From an uncultured Candidatus Saccharibacteria bacterium (GTDB taxonomy: Bacteria > Patescibacteriota > Minisyncoccia > Phycocordibacterales > G965230995), in assembly GCA_965230995.1 (NCBI GenBank), contig OZ246398.1:400213-464212 (forward strand): DNA of 64,000 bases. Reading direction: 5' to 3'. This document shows positions 46,476-57,489 of the stretch, piece by piece (the stretch's first letter is position 1; each line of letters begins with the position of its first letter). Position numbers and translations under genes: made by a program. Under the pieces are notes generated by a model. That model did no database searches, was not told the origin of the DNA, and was given only the letters and a program-made list of their open reading frames with translations.

Positions 46476-47648
46476 TTATTTAGAAGAAGGCTTTTTGAGC
46501 TTTTTTAAATATTCAACAATTTTATCTAGACCGACGTTAGTTTGTGATCTTGTTTCGATGTCTCTTACAACAACACTTTTCTCTAAAGCCTCCATTTGTC
46601 CCATAATTAGCATATGGGAAGCTCCTGCTCTTTCGGCACCAGCCATTTGTGCTGTTATTTTGTCTCTCGTTAGGTTGTGACCGATTCTGATTTTGTTTTT
46701 TCGGAGGAGATCTATGATGTTTAAAGCACGAAGTCTTGCTTCAAAACCAAGCTGAATGAAATAAAAGTCAGCTTTTTTCATTCTCGAAATTGTTGTGTAT
46801 GAAATTTTCTTTTTTCTTGGAAAATTAATCTCTACCGACAAAGCAGGTAAATCTTTTTTCCAGCCCAAATCTTTTGAAATGTGATTGTATCTTGTTCCGG
46901 TTGCAAAAATTGTGTCAGTTTTTTGAGTCTTTCCTGGAATTTTAATTTCAAATATTGTATGGACACAAATGCCTCTTTCTCCGACGAGAAATGGATCTAT
47001 CTTGTATGGGATTTCTAGTACTTCTAGGAATTCTAGAACTTCTTTGAAATGTTTTCGGCTAATATCAGAAAGACAATTCATCGCTTTTGGAGCGTTGTTC
47101 TTGAATTCTTCTGCTTTCGGATCATCTGTTCTGTAAATATTCCAAATATCCTTTTTGAATAGTTGTCTTAGTCCAGATGAAAGTGTGCTCATATTTTTTC
47201 TGTAATATGAAGCGAGTTCTCTTTCGAGTCTTGCAAATGATTCTTTGTCTCCAACACTGTTTATACTAACGTAAGCATCTTTGTAGCCGTCGTCTTCGAT
47301 TATAGACATTGCTGTTTTTATTGCGATTGCATCAGAAATACTTTGGAGAGTCCCGACTATTTCGAGTGCGATTTCAGAATGTTTTGGATTTTTTCTTTTT
47401 AGACCTTTTTTGAGCGGTAGTTCGTATGAAAGGAGAATTGGTTGAGCTTCTTTTTTGACAAGATTGCTTTCAATGTAAAACGAAAGAAAAGATAATTTTG
47501 AATTATATAAATCTGAATGTTTAGGTGACTTTTGTGTCATCTCTGGAGTTTCTATTGGTGTAAAACCAAAGAAATGAGCAGTCTCAAGCTCGTGTGATAT
47601 TTTATCAATAATGTATTTTGGTGGTGTCTTTTTTGTTTCGTTTTTCAT
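46476..47648 (-). CDS. Histidyl-tRNA synthetase-like protein (class II core remnant plus anticodon-binding domain). Could be a divergent HisRS or a HisZ-like paralog.
   Basis: C-terminal class II anticodon-binding-domain-like region, plus a GTRYNHISKDLG segment reminiscent of the HisRS GGRYD motif. Motifs 1 and 2 are not clearly visible. Confidence 0.4.
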   Translation of the reverse strand: MKNETKKTPPKYIIDKISHELETAHFFGFTPIETPEMTQKSPKHSDLYNSKLSFLSFYIESNLVKKEAQPILLSYELPLKKGLKRKNPKHSEIALEIVGTLQSISDAIAIKTAMSIIEDDGYKDAYVSINSVGDKESFARLERELASYYRKNMSTLSSGLRQLFKKDIWNIYRTDDPKAEEFKNNAPKAMNCLSDISRKHFKEVLEFLEVLEIPYKIDPFLVGERGICVHTIFEIKIPGKTQKTDTIFATGTRYNHISKDLGWKKDLPALSVEINFPRKKKISYTTISRMKKADFYFIQLGFEARLRALNIIDLLRKNKIRIGHNLTRDKITAQMAGAERAGASHMLIMGQMEALEKSVVVRDIETRSQTNVGLDKIVEYLKKLKKPSSK

Positions 47649-47653
47649 AAAGT

Positions 47654-48256
47654 TTAATTGTTATCTCCCGGAAATATTCCAATCGTAGTTAAAGGGAGAA
47701 GTCTCAGAAATGGTCTACCGACAATGTTGTCTCTTGGAACAGCGCCCCAGAATCTCGAATCAGAGCTCACCGCTCTATTGTCGCCCATAACAAAAAATTG
47801 ATCAGAATTTAATGTGAGTTCTGCGTCGTCATATTTTTTAAATTTTAAATAAGGCTCGTCTAAAACAAACCCCTTTGGATTTTCCTTGTTTATGATTGTG
47901 ACAATTCCGTTTTCAACCTTTACTGTTTCTCCAGGAAGTCCGATTACTCTTTTTATAAAAAATTGTTTTGGGTCACGAGGGTATTTAAAAATAATTACCG
48001 AGCCTCTCTTTGGTTCTGTCAGGTGATACGATAATTGGTCAACTATTAAATACTGACCGTTATGAAATGTTGGGTCCATTGAAGCTCCTTCGACAATAAA
48101 TGGCTGGGCGACGAATATTCGGAAGGGAATTATTATAAAGACGACAATTAGAAAAAACTTGAAAAGTTCACCAAAAAAACCGCTTTCCTTGGCTTTTTTT
48201 GGTGACTCCGCAACCTGCTCGGTGGGGGTTTTCTGCATTTCGCTATTGTAATACAC
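47654..48256 (-). CDS. lepB: Signal peptidase I
   Basis: S26 motifs EGASMDPTF and GDNRAVSSDSRFWG. Confidence 0.85.
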   Translation of the reverse strand: MYYNSEMQKTPTEQVAESPKKAKESGFFGELFKFFLIVVFIIIPFRIFVAQPFIVEGASMDPTFHNGQYLIVDQLSYHLTEPKRGSVIIFKYPRDPKQFFIKRVIGLPGETVKVENGIVTIINKENPKGFVLDEPYLKFKKYDDAELTLNSDQFFVMGDNRAVSSDSRFWGAVPRDNIVGRPFLRLLPLTTIGIFPGDNN

Positions 48257-48312
48257 TATTTGTTTTATAGCAAAGGCTGGTCGTTTTTTGTTTTCTGGCT
48301 TATACTTATTTT

Positions 48313-48906
48313 GTGAAATACATTATTGGACTCGGGAATCCAGGAGCAAAATACGAATATACTAGACACAATGTCGGAGCAATGATTCTAGATCATGTCC
48401 GCAGGATATTTTCGATGGATAGATGGGAGAAAGATAATATGAGAAATGCTTTCGTCTCGAAAGGAAAAATAAACGAACACGATGCTGTGCTTATTTTTCC
48501 TCAGACTTTTATGAATAATTCTGGGCAAAGTATAAAAGATTTATCTGGTACAGAAAAAATAAAAGACATTGTGGTTATCCATGATGATATTGATTTGCCA
48601 TTTGGAACACTTCGAATTTCAAGAGATAGGGGAACCGGAGGTCATAATGGAATTGAATCTATTGTCTCTCATTTAAAAACAAAAGACTTTGTGAGGATCC
48701 GCGTTGGTGTTACTCCGGTTAGAGATGGGGAATTAAAAAAACCAAAAGGCGACGAAGAAATAGAAAAATTCGTTCTCGGTAGTCTGGGTCAGACAGAAAG
48801 AGATGCTATTTCGGAATTATCAAAAAAGATTGCAGAAATTTTGAATGTAATTTTTAGTAAAGGGGATAGTGAGGCTATGAATCTTTTTAATGGTTTAAAA
48901 GATTGA
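48313..48906 (+). CDS. pth: Peptidyl-tRNA hydrolase
   Basis: N-terminus YIIGLGNPGAKYEYTRHNVG. Confidence 0.85.
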   Translation: MKYIIGLGNPGAKYEYTRHNVGAMILDHVRRIFSMDRWEKDNMRNAFVSKGKINEHDAVLIFPQTFMNNSGQSIKDLSGTEKIKDIVVIHDDIDLPFGTLRISRDRGTGGHNGIESIVSHLKTKDFVRIRVGVTPVRDGELKKPKGDEEIEKFVLGSLGQTERDAISELSKKIAEILNVIFSKGDSEAMNLFNGLKD

Positions 48907-48954
48907 TTTTTTTTGTATAACTATTGTATAATATAAGAGAAGGGGGGGGAACAA

Positions 48955-49092
48955 ATGAAAAACTTTCTCCACAGTGTGACACTCACGCAAGTCCTGTTCT
49001 ATATTATGCTGGCGGTAGGAATCTTCGCGATTGCCTACCGCGTCTTCACCGGTCATCCCGAAGCCTTGCAGTTCGCTTGGCCTCTTGGGTGA
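48955..49092 (+). CDS. Putative 45-aa membrane peptide (MKNFLHSVTLTQVLFYIMLAVGIFAIAYRVFTGHPEALQFAWPLG)
   Basis: A strong RBS, agggggggaacaaATG. Sits in a locally GC-rich patch and is followed by a strong terminator. Confidence 0.25.
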   Translation: MKNFLHSVTLTQVLFYIMLAVGIFAIAYRVFTGHPEALQFAWPLG

Positions 49093-49138
49093 CAAAGTTT
49101 TACCCCCCCCGCGCACGTCGCGGGGTTTCGCTATATAA

Positions 49139-49176
49139 AGAAAAACACCGCCACAAAGTGGCGGTGTTTTTCTTTT
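49139..49176. terminator. Bidirectional rho-independent terminator (pth side and rpsA side)
   Basis: aaaaaCACCGCCACaaaGTGGCGGTGtttttcttttt. Confidence 0.8.
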
Positions 49177-49181
49177 TTGTA

Positions 49182-50285
49182 TTATTTGTTTCCAGAATAT
49201 GTCAGAGTCATCTTTTGGTCCTTTGGATCAAACAGAGTGATCTTGAATTTGTATGTTTTTCCAAGCTCTAGGGCTTCTCTCAATTTTTCTTCACCACCGA
49301 AATCTGAGATGTGGACCAATCCAGCAACTCCTTCTTCGATTGAAACGAGTGCTCCGTGTTTGTTGAATTTGATAACAACACCAGATACGTCCAAATCTTT
49401 CTTGTATTTCTTTGATGCTTCAACCCAAGGATTTTCTTTGAGAGCCTTGATTGAGAGAGAAATTTTTCCTTCTTTAATTTCTATTACCTTTACGTTTACT
49501 TTGTCTCCAACTCTAAACATTGCTCTTGGATCTTCGACAAGTCCCCAGTCAATTTCAGAAATGTGGACAAGCCCTTCTAAACCTTCTTCGATTTTTACGA
49601 ATACTCCAAAGTCAACGACTCCGGTGACTTCACCCTTGATGACATCACCAAGATTGTATTTGTCGATTATTCTTTCTTTATTTTTCTCTTCTGGATCTTT
49701 TTCAGAAAAGATTAGCTTTCCTTCTTTTGGAACTGCTGTGATTATAGAAACAGACAATTTGCCTCCAATGAATTTTCGCAATTCTTCCAAAATCTTGTCT
49801 TTGTCTCCGTCAGAAACTCGAGGATAGTGCTCGGTTTTGAGCTGAGAAGCGGGAAGAAATCCGTGGATACCTTGCCAGTTGATGATAAGACCTCCTTTGT
49901 TTGCTTCGACAACAGGAAGCTCGAGAACTTTTTTATCTCGGATTGCTTCTTCTGCTTCTTCCCAAATCAAAGCTTGTCTTGCTTCTTTTAGAGATATTTC
50001 TATGTAACCTTCTTTGTTGTCCAAAGAAACAACCTTTCCGGCTACTTTGTCTCCGATATTTATCTTTTTGATAATATCTCTTGCGATTATGAACTCTCGT
50101 CCAAAAATCATTCCCGTTCCAAATGGGGGAAGATCAACAAAAAGAGCATTTTTCTCTATGCCTATAACTTCACCTTCTACGACATCTCCAGGAAGTGGTG
50201 GGTTCTGTACGTCAGCCATTTTTGCCGACATAATTGTCACAACTTCTGCAGGAGCTTCTACAGTAGTATCTTGTTTTTTTGCCAT
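49182..50285 (-). CDS. rpsA: 30S ribosomal protein S1 (short form, 4 S1 domains)
   Basis: Four S1 repeats with GxV...G.I.....FGAFV-type cores. 367 aa. Confidence 0.85.
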   Translation of the reverse strand: MAKKQDTTVEAPAEVVTIMSAKMADVQNPPLPGDVVEGEVIGIEKNALFVDLPPFGTGMIFGREFIIARDIIKKINIGDKVAGKVVSLDNKEGYIEISLKEARQALIWEEAEEAIRDKKVLELPVVEANKGGLIINWQGIHGFLPASQLKTEHYPRVSDGDKDKILEELRKFIGGKLSVSIITAVPKEGKLIFSEKDPEEKNKERIIDKYNLGDVIKGEVTGVVDFGVFVKIEEGLEGLVHISEIDWGLVEDPRAMFRVGDKVNVKVIEIKEGKISLSIKALKENPWVEASKKYKKDLDVSGVVIKFNKHGALVSIEEGVAGLVHISDFGGEEKLREALELGKTYKFKITLFDPKDQKMTLTYSGNK

Positions 50286-50492
50286 TTTTTGAAGATAAAT
50301 AGGGGCTTGTGTGGACGGTTATGTTAATTTGTCCTCCCAAGTTTTACTCTATATATCCTTTCTGCTAATTTTGTAAAACAAAAGCAGAACGACAATATAT
50401 CATATAAATATGTTTTTTACAATATAAACAAAAACCCAGCTGATGCTGGGTTTTTGATAATTAATATCTTTTCGTTCCGTATCTTTCCGCTG

Positions 50493-51995
50493 TTATTTTT
50501 GAGGTATAGCTCCTTGTAATACTTTGAACGAACCATCACTTGAATCCTTCAGGATAGTCTTTCCATCTTTGATTGTGACTTCAATTTTATAATTATCACC
50601 AGGCACAACATATTCAGGAATTTTGACCGATTCGTAGCCATCATTTTTCATATCAGTAGTTGTTGGTTGAAGTACGTATTCGTTCGTTGGACTATATAGC
50701 CTAATCTGGGAAAGTTTTGAAGTTGTTCTCGTAAAGCTGGTTGTCCATCGTATCGCAGTGCTACTATTTGTGTACATTACGTCATCTGCACTGTTTGGAA
50801 GAACAACGCTGATATATTCACCTTTCAAATCGTCTGGGTTCTCTGGAGCGACGATCGTAAAGTATTGACTGTATGAATCAAGACTAAATTTTTTGCTTAG
50901 CTTTGAAACAATATGTAATCTGTATATTCCAGGTTCAATCTTTTTTAGATTTATAGTTGTAGCTCCTTTTTCCACAATTCCTTTTTTCAATTTTATATCA
51001 GTATCAGAACCTTTCTTTTGAAGATACAAAGTGTTAGAAAGTGTTTGTGGCTCGCTATCTTCGTCGTCTCCAAAAATACTTCCTGTTGCAAAGCTTAGAG
51101 GATTTATGACGTTTTCTACTACCTTTAGAGCACCTTTGACGTCAAAAGCTCTTAGAGATGTAAAGTTTAATGTAACGAAAACTCCATAAGCTTGCGGACT
51201 AAGTACAGACAATACTGCTATACCTTCTTTTGAAAGACCTGTAATTTTTGATGCTTCTGTTGGGTCTAGTAGAGATAGAAAATCTGGGTCAGTTCTTGAA
51301 AGCAGTAGCAAGTCATCATCTGAAAGACCAAGAATTTTTGCTCGGTCTTCCTCAGGAATTTTTTTCAAGTCTAAACTGGCACCACCTTTGTCTACACCGT
51401 ATGTAGGTACAATCTTTGCACCAGCATATTTTGCTTTTGTATCTTGGTCTTTATTTAACCCTTTCCTAAAGTTTGCAGTCCAGGTGATTTTTTGTTTTGA
51501 ACCTGCAACCCATTTTTCTCCGCCAACTGGTGAAGTAATTGTCAAAAGGGGATCAGGTCTTTTTGCGATTTCAACCTTATATTGGCTAACAGAGAAAATA
51601 TGAGGCTTACCTTTTGGCATATATCCAATCTTTACGTAATATTCGCCATATTCTACTTTTTCAAGTGCTTTGGGTGCGATAGCGGCTTTTTCTTTGTAGG
51701 CAGGCTTGCTCCTGGCTATCAATATATCTCCCTTGTCTTTTGAAGGGTTATTGTTTTTTGAAAGATATACACTGACTCGGTTTGCTTTTTTAAAGCCACT
51801 GGCTTTCCATCTAACATCGATACTAGTTGCTTTTTTCCACACCTCGCGTGTCTTTGGGTATGTCATTACAAGTGATTTTGTGGTACCTGTGGTTTGCGCT
51901 TGTAAAATCAAATGCGGAGTAAGAGATACAACCACTGTAAAGAGAATGAGAATTGCAACTGTTACAAAAAATTTTTTTGAAAATCTAGAATTCAT
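50493..51995 (-). CDS. Secreted/surface hypothetical protein with a signal peptide
   Basis: N-terminal TM/signal segment FVTVAILILFTVVVSL. 500 aa with no recognisable catalytic motif. Confidence 0.45.
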   Translation of the reverse strand: MNSRFSKKFFVTVAILILFTVVVSLTPHLILQAQTTGTTKSLVMTYPKTREVWKKATSIDVRWKASGFKKANRVSVYLSKNNNPSKDKGDILIARSKPAYKEKAAIAPKALEKVEYGEYYVKIGYMPKGKPHIFSVSQYKVEIAKRPDPLLTITSPVGGEKWVAGSKQKITWTANFRKGLNKDQDTKAKYAGAKIVPTYGVDKGGASLDLKKIPEEDRAKILGLSDDDLLLLSRTDPDFLSLLDPTEASKITGLSKEGIAVLSVLSPQAYGVFVTLNFTSLRAFDVKGALKVVENVINPLSFATGSIFGDDEDSEPQTLSNTLYLQKKGSDTDIKLKKGIVEKGATTINLKKIEPGIYRLHIVSKLSKKFSLDSYSQYFTIVAPENPDDLKGEYISVVLPNSADDVMYTNSSTAIRWTTSFTRTTSKLSQIRLYSPTNEYVLQPTTTDMKNDGYESVKIPEYVVPGDNYKIEVTIKDGKTILKDSSDGSFKVLQGAIPQK

Positions 51996-52130
51996 ATTTG
52001 TTAATAAACGAATAAACTTTGTTCAATTATAGCACTTTATCTTGAATAACAATATAAAATTGGGGATATAAAATAGAAGTGATTGAGAAAGCCAGTTTTT
52101 TTGTTATAATGTTTCCATAAAATAAAAGTT

Positions 52131-52769
52131 ATGATCATCACTCATCAAGGCGGGGAATCTATAAAGGTACAGTTTAGCGATACAATATTGGCGTTTAATC
52201 CAATTTCAAAATCTTCAAAATTAAAAAGCCAAAGTTTCGGCTCGGATATTGTTTTGGTGACCCTGAACCATCCAGATATGAACGGTATAGAAAATGCTAC
52301 CAGAGGTGATCGTGCTCCATTTGTTGTTAGGGGGCCAGGTGAATATGAAATCCAAGGTGTCTTTATTAGAGGTTTTGCCTCAAAGAGCACTTACGGAGGA
52401 AAAGAATCCATAAACACTATATATTGTGTCACGATAGAAGATATGAATATTGTCTATTTAGGTGCTGTTGATACAACAGAAGTTCCTCCTGAAATAATGG
52501 AAAGTGTCGATAATGTAGATATTGTTTTTGTCCCAATTGGTGGTGGAGGTGTCTTGTCTGCAAGTGAAGCTCACAAACTAGCTCTAAAATTTGAACCAGA
52601 ATTAATTATTCCTATACATTACGAAGGAATAGAGGCAGAAAAAGATGCTCTTAAAACTTTTGTAAAAGAAGGCGGTGATGAAAAAGCTTCTCCAGTAGAA
52701 AAATTAACTATAAAGAAGAAAGATATTGCAGACAAAGATGGTGAGGTTGTTGTCTTAAAGGCAATATAG
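52131..52769 (+). CDS. Metallo-beta-lactamase-fold hydrolase (UPF0173-like)
   Basis: MIITHQGGESI... start with conserved His/Asp positions (HPD, IPIHY). Confidence 0.65.
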   Translation: MIITHQGGESIKVQFSDTILAFNPISKSSKLKSQSFGSDIVLVTLNHPDMNGIENATRGDRAPFVVRGPGEYEIQGVFIRGFASKSTYGGKESINTIYCVTIEDMNIVYLGAVDTTEVPPEIMESVDNVDIVFVPIGGGGVLSASEAHKLALKFEPELIIPIHYEGIEAEKDALKTFVKEGGDEKASPVEKLTIKKKDIADKDGEVVVLKAI

Positions 52770-52771
52770 AT

Positions 52772-53056
52772 ATGGAATGGTTAAAAAAAATTAGAAATAA
52801 AGAACCGGAAACGAGAAAAGGTATTGCGCTTGCTTTGGCTTTGATCATAACAGTAGTCTTTGCTGTTCCTTGGTTTTATTACAAATATGTCGCAGAAAAA
52901 CCTCCGATTTCTATGGAAACTATCGGTTCACCTTTTGCAAGTGTCGCGGGTGTCTTTAGTAAACCACTAGGAAAAATGATAAAAGAGGGGAAAGACAAAA
53001 TTTTTAATTCTGTTTCTAATCTATTTCTAGGTGAGGACGAATACGAGAAAAAATAG
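52772..53056 (+). CDS. Small membrane protein
   Basis: 94 aa with one TM helix. Translationally coupled to the upstream gene. Confidence 0.35.
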   Translation: MEWLKKIRNKEPETRKGIALALALIITVVFAVPWFYYKYVAEKPPISMETIGSPFASVAGVFSKPLGKMIKEGKDKIFNSVSNLFLGEDEYEKK

Positions 53057-53109
53057 AATGGCGTTTACCCTTCAAATATGATAAAATAGTCGAATAATAT
53101 TTTTAATGT

Positions 53110-55587
53110 ATGGCTAAAAAAGAAGACAAAAAACCAGAAAATGACGGACTTCCAGCAGAGATAAACCCTCGTATTTCTGTGGTTTCTAGAAATGTTGTCG
53201 ATGAAATGAAAGAATCTTTCATTGACTATGCGATGTCTGTTATTACAGAAAGAGCCTTGCCAGACGTCAGGGACGGTCTCAAACCAGTACACCGAAGAAT
53301 ACTATATTCTATGTACGAAAATGGGCATACTTTTAATGCAAAATTTGTAAAAAGTGCGCGTATTGTTGGAGACGTGCTTGGAAAATATCACCCACACGGT
53401 GATGCGGCTGTTTACGAATCAATGGTTAAATTGGCACAAGATTTTGCTACCAGATATCCTTTGATACTTGGACAAGGAAACTTTGGTTCAATCGACGGCG
53501 ACAATGCCGCTGCTATGAGATACACCGAGGCAAAAATGTCTAAAATGGCAAATGAGCTTCTTCGTGATATCGACAAAGAAACAGTTCCTTTTCATCCAAA
53601 CTACGACGCCACAAGAAAAGAGCCGGGCGTTTTGCCTACTGCAGTTCCGAATTTGCTTCTCAATGGTACTTTGGGAATTGCTGTCGGTATGGCAACAAAC
53701 ATTCCTCCTCACAATTTGGGGGAATTATGCAATGCCATAATTCATATGATAGATAATCCGAATGCTACAGCCGAGGATTTGCTTTCTTTCGTAAAAGGTC
53801 CAGATTTTCCAACTGGATGTATTATATTCAACCAAAAAGACATACAGCACGCCTATGCAACAGGTAGGGGCGGAATAGTCACTCGTGGTGTTGCAGAAAT
53901 AGTTGAATCAAAAGCCGGAAGTTACCAAATCATCATTACATCAATACCATATAGAGTTAACAAAGCAGATTTGATTGTAAAAATTGCTGATTTGGTTAGA
54001 GAAAAGAAAATTGACGGTATAAAAGACGTCAGAGACGAATCAACAAAAGACATCAGAGTGGTGATTGAACTCAAGGGCAACAGCCATCCTCAAAAAGTCC
54101 TTAACTTTTTATACAAGCATACACAACTAGAAGAAACCTTCCACTTGAATATGGTGGCGCTTGTTGATGGTGTACCTCAGACTCTTTCACTGAAGGGAAT
54201 CCTTGAGCATTTTATTGATCACAGACTTGTTGTTATTAAAAAACGAACTGAATACGATCTCGCAAGGGCTCTCGAAAGAGAACATATTCTCCTCGGTTTG
54301 AAAAAAGCTCTCGATCATATTGATGAAATTATCAAAACCATCAAGGCCTCAAAAGACACACAATCTGCTCACGAGAACTTGATGAAAAAATTCAAATTCT
54401 CTGACAGGCAGGCAACTGCAATTTTGGAAATGAAACTCCAAAGATTGGCAGGTCTAGAAAGAAAGAAAATCGAAGACGAATTGCTTGCTGTACAGGAATT
54501 AATCGAAAAATTAAAGAAAATTCTTTCTTCAAAGAAAGAGATGACAAACATCATCAAAACAGAATCGACAGAAATCATCGAAAAATTTGCTGATGAAAGA
54601 AAAACAAGAATCATAAAACAAGGTGCAAAAGTCCTCTCAGTCGAAGACCTGGTTCCAGACGAAGAACAGACACTTGTGTTGACTTCTGGCGGGTATGTAA
54701 AAAGAACCAGCCCAGATGAATTCAAAAGACAAAAACGAGGCGGGGTAGGTGTCGTTGATTTGGATACCAAAGAGGAAGACTTTGTCACGACGTTCCTAAC
54801 TGCAAGCACTCACAGCGATGTCTTGTTCTTTACCGACAAAGGTAAAGCATACCAAGTAAAAATGTATGATTTGCCAGAAGGAAAAAGAGCCACAAAAGGA
54901 AAATCTATTATCAACTTTATCGGAATGGCAGAAGATGAAAAAGTCACTTCAGTTTTGGCGATGCCAAAGGAAATAAAAGAGATGGATTTTTCTGTTTTGA
55001 TGGTAACAAAACACGGGGTTACTAAAAAAGTCGATGCAAAGAGCTTCCATGATGTAAGACGAAACGGCATAATCTCAATTAAACTCGCAGATGGAGATGA
55101 ACTCATTTCTGTATCATTTGTGGGTGGAAAAGACACCATAGTGGTTGTAACCAAAAACGGTCAATCAATTAGGTTTTCATCTGATGATGTTAGAGAAATG
55201 GGTAGGGGTGCAGCAGGTGTAAGAGCAATTAAACTCGGCAAGGGTGACGAAGTAGTTGCTTCAGGTAGAATTCTTGAAAATGCAAAAGTCGACTTGCTCG
55301 TACTTATGGAAAACGGATACGGAAAAAAGACACCAATTGATGAATACAAAGTCCAGAATAGAGGTGGTTCAGGTATAAAGACAGCAAAGGTAACAACAAA
55401 AACAGGAAAATTGATATCCGCACACGTTGTAACTGCAGAAGAAGCCGAAATTGTCACAATTTCAAAGAAGAGCCAGGTGATTAGAACGGGAATAGACGAA
55501 ATACCCACTCTCGGTAGACAGACTCAAGGGGTTAGAATAATGAAACTCCGCGATGGTGATGGTATAGCTTCTCTCATTTGTTTGTAG
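53110..55587 (+). CDS. gyrA: DNA gyrase subunit A
   Basis: Active-site region [12 protein letters not shown], a QRDR-like HPHGD, and C-terminal beta-pinwheel repeats. Confidence 0.95.
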   Translation: MAKKEDKKPENDGLPAEINPRISVVSRNVVDEMKESFIDYAMSVITERALPDVRDGLKPVHRRILYSMYENGHTFNAKFVKSARIVGDVLGKYHPHGDAAVYESMVKLAQDFATRYPLILGQGNFGSIDGDNAAAMRYTEAKMSKMANELLRDIDKETVPFHPNYDATRKEPGVLPTAVPNLLLNGTLGIAVGMATNIPPHNLGELCNAIIHMIDNPNATAEDLLSFVKGPDFPTGCIIFNQKDIQHAYATGRGGIVTRGVAEIVESKAGSYQIIITSIPYRVNKADLIVKIADLVREKKIDGIKDVRDESTKDIRVVIELKGNSHPQKVLNFLYKHTQLEETFHLNMVALVDGVPQTLSLKGILEHFIDHRLVVIKKRTEYDLARALEREHILLGLKKALDHIDEIIKTIKASKDTQSAHENLMKKFKFSDRQATAILEMKLQRLAGLERKKIEDELLAVQELIEKLKKILSSKKEMTNIIKTESTEIIEKFADERKTRIIKQGAKVLSVEDLVPDEEQTLVLTSGGYVKRTSPDEFKRQKRGGVGVVDLDTKEEDFVTTFLTASTHSDVLFFTDKGKAYQVKMYDLPEGKRATKGKSIINFIGMAEDEKVTSVLAMPKEIKEMDFSVLMVTKHGVTKKVDAKSFHDVRRNGIISIKLADGDELISVSFVGGKDTIVVVTKNGQSIRFSSDDVREMGRGAAGVRAIKLGKGDEVVASGRILENAKVDLLVLMENGYGKKTPIDEYKVQNRGGSGIKTAKVTTKTGKLISAHVVTAEEAEIVTISKKSQVIRTGIDEIPTLGRQTQGVRIMKLRDGDGIASLICL

Positions 55588-55592
55588 AAATA

Positions 55593-55623
55593 AAAAGCCC
55601 CGCGCTTCGCGCGGGGCTTTTTA
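55593..55623 (+). terminator. Rho-independent terminator after gyrA
   Basis: aaaaaGCCCCGCGCttcGCGCGGGGCttttt. Confidence 0.85.
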
Positions 55624-55674
55624 GATCTCCACAGTTATTTTTCTATTTTCTTTTGTAAGTGTTATAATTTAACA

Positions 55675-56202
55675 ATGTTTACAGATCCAGTATCTAATCT
55701 AGATTCTTTTGGTATTGAGCCGGGTATGAAGATTGCCGATATGGGAGCCGGCTCGGGTTTTTATTCAATAGAAGCAAGCAAACGTGTTGGTGATACGGGC
55801 AGGGTATATGCAATCGAAGTCCAAAAAGAAATTCTTGCAAAAATAAAAAATGATGCCGAGAAACTTGGGATTACAAATATAGAATATATCTGGGGAGATA
55901 TAGAAGCACCCAACGGAACAAAAATAGGAAACAATGTTGTCGACGCTATTTTTCTTTCAAATACTCTATTTCAGGTTGAAGACAAAAAAGGTGTTGTGCA
56001 TGAAGCACGTAGAATACTTAAACCTCGTGGTAAAATTTTGATCTTAGATTGGGCAGATTCTTTTGGTGGAATGGGACCATCTCAAAATATGCTCGTCCCC
56101 AAAGAAGATGTTCGCAAAATGTTCGAGGAATCCGGTTTTGTTTTTGTAAAAGAATTTGATCCAGGGGATCATCATTATGCATTAGTAATGAAAAAACAAT
56201 GA
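55675..56202 (+). CDS. Class I SAM-dependent methyltransferase
   Basis: Motif I IADMGAGSGFYS. Confidence 0.75.
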   Translation: MFTDPVSNLDSFGIEPGMKIADMGAGSGFYSIEASKRVGDTGRVYAIEVQKEILAKIKNDAEKLGITNIEYIWGDIEAPNGTKIGNNVVDAIFLSNTLFQVEDKKGVVHEARRILKPRGKILILDWADSFGGMGPSQNMLVPKEDVRKMFEESGFVFVKEFDPGDHHYALVMKKQ

Positions 56203-57488
56203 CAAAATTTCAACTTATTCTAACAATGGTTTTCGGTGCCTTTATTATTATTGGCGTCATCTTCTTTTCACTCGGAAGATCCGGATCAAACCAAGCTATA
56301 TCAAAAGTCTTGGTATGGGGCTACCTTCCAGAAAATCAATTTCAAGAAATTCTAAAACAGACGGGTGTAAGCGATGATAAAAACTTTTCTGTTACATACG
56401 AACAGATAGACAGAGATAATTTTGATGATAATTTTGTTAACGCCCTAGCCGATGGCTATGGTCCTGATGTTTTGTATATTGGTCAAGATCAAATATTAAA
56501 ACAAAAAAACAGGCTTGCGCTGATACCTTACGAATATTATCCGTTAAGAAACTTCCAGAATACTTTTACAGAGGGAACAGAAATTATGCTTGCTGATGGT
56601 GGAATCAGGGCGATACCTATCACAGTAGACCCCTTGGTTTTGTATTGGAATAGAGATACTTTTGCTGAAGCTGGTTTGGTTAACCCACCAAAAAATTGGC
56701 CAGAGTTAACATATGAAATGATTTTTCCGTTCACAAAAAAAGACGGTCCCGTGACATTGCTCCAAAGCGCTATTCCTTTGGGTACGTGGAGTAATCTAAA
56801 TCACGCAAAAGGAATTCTATCTGCTTTGATTATGCAATCCGGTGGCAATGTTACTTCTAAAATGGCATCGGGTGTTGTATCTGCTCTTGGAAATAGAATT
56901 GCAAATGGTGCTAGACCAGCTGAATCCGCCCTCAATTTCTTTGTTGATTTTTCAAATCCACAAACTAATTTCTATACTTGGAACGGGGCATTGTCTAATT
57001 CAATAGATTATTTTGCTTCTGGTAGATCAGCAATGTATATTGGGCTCGCTTCTGATCTTGAAAAAATTAAACAAAGAAATCCTAATCTTAATTTTGATGT
57101 GACCGAATTACCTCAGTCTCCAGAGAGAAAAAGAGCCGTGACCTATGGTGAGATTATGTCGCTTGCAATTCCATCAAGTACATCAAATTTTGCCAGCGCA
57201 CTTAATTTTATAAATGCTGTTTCGACAAAAGAAGGCACTTTAATTCATTCGAGAGTTCTCGGTTCTGCACCATCTAGAAAAGATGCGTTACTTGAACCAG
57301 ACCCAGCAAATGCTTTTGAATCAGTTTTCTTTAATTCTGCAAAATATGCTCTTTCCTGGCTTGACCCAGACAAAACAGAAACCGATAATATTTTTTCTGA
57401 TATGATAAAGAGCGTCACAAGCGGACAGAAAAGAATTAGCGACTCTGTATCGACCGCAAATCAAGAGCTTGTAAACATTCTCAAATAA
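56199..57488 (+). CDS. Membrane-anchored extracellular solute-binding-protein-like protein
   Basis: N-terminal TM segment followed by an SBP-like periplasmic domain. Operonic with the pilin-like genes. Confidence 0.5.
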   Translation: MTKFQLILTMVFGAFIIIGVIFFSLGRSGSNQAISKVLVWGYLPENQFQEILKQTGVSDDKNFSVTYEQIDRDNFDDNFVNALADGYGPDVLYIGQDQILKQKNRLALIPYEYYPLRNFQNTFTEGTEIMLADGGIRAIPITVDPLVLYWNRDTFAEAGLVNPPKNWPELTYEMIFPFTKKDGPVTLLQSAIPLGTWSNLNHAKGILSALIMQSGGNVTSKMASGVVSALGNRIANGARPAESALNFFVDFSNPQTNFYTWNGALSNSIDYFASGRSAMYIGLASDLEKIKQRNPNLNFDVTELPQSPERKRAVTYGEIMSLAIPSSTSNFASALNFINAVSTKEGTLIHSRVLGSAPSRKDALLEPDPANAFESVFFNSAKYALSWLDPDKTETDNIFSDMIKSVTSGQKRISDSVSTANQELVNILK

Positions 57489-57489
57489 A

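Noticed and set aside
54369-55508. Three - strand ORFs (146, 114 and 115 aa) inside gyrA
   Set aside because: They are antisense to gyrA. They are low-complexity Ser/Thr/Phe-rich translations.
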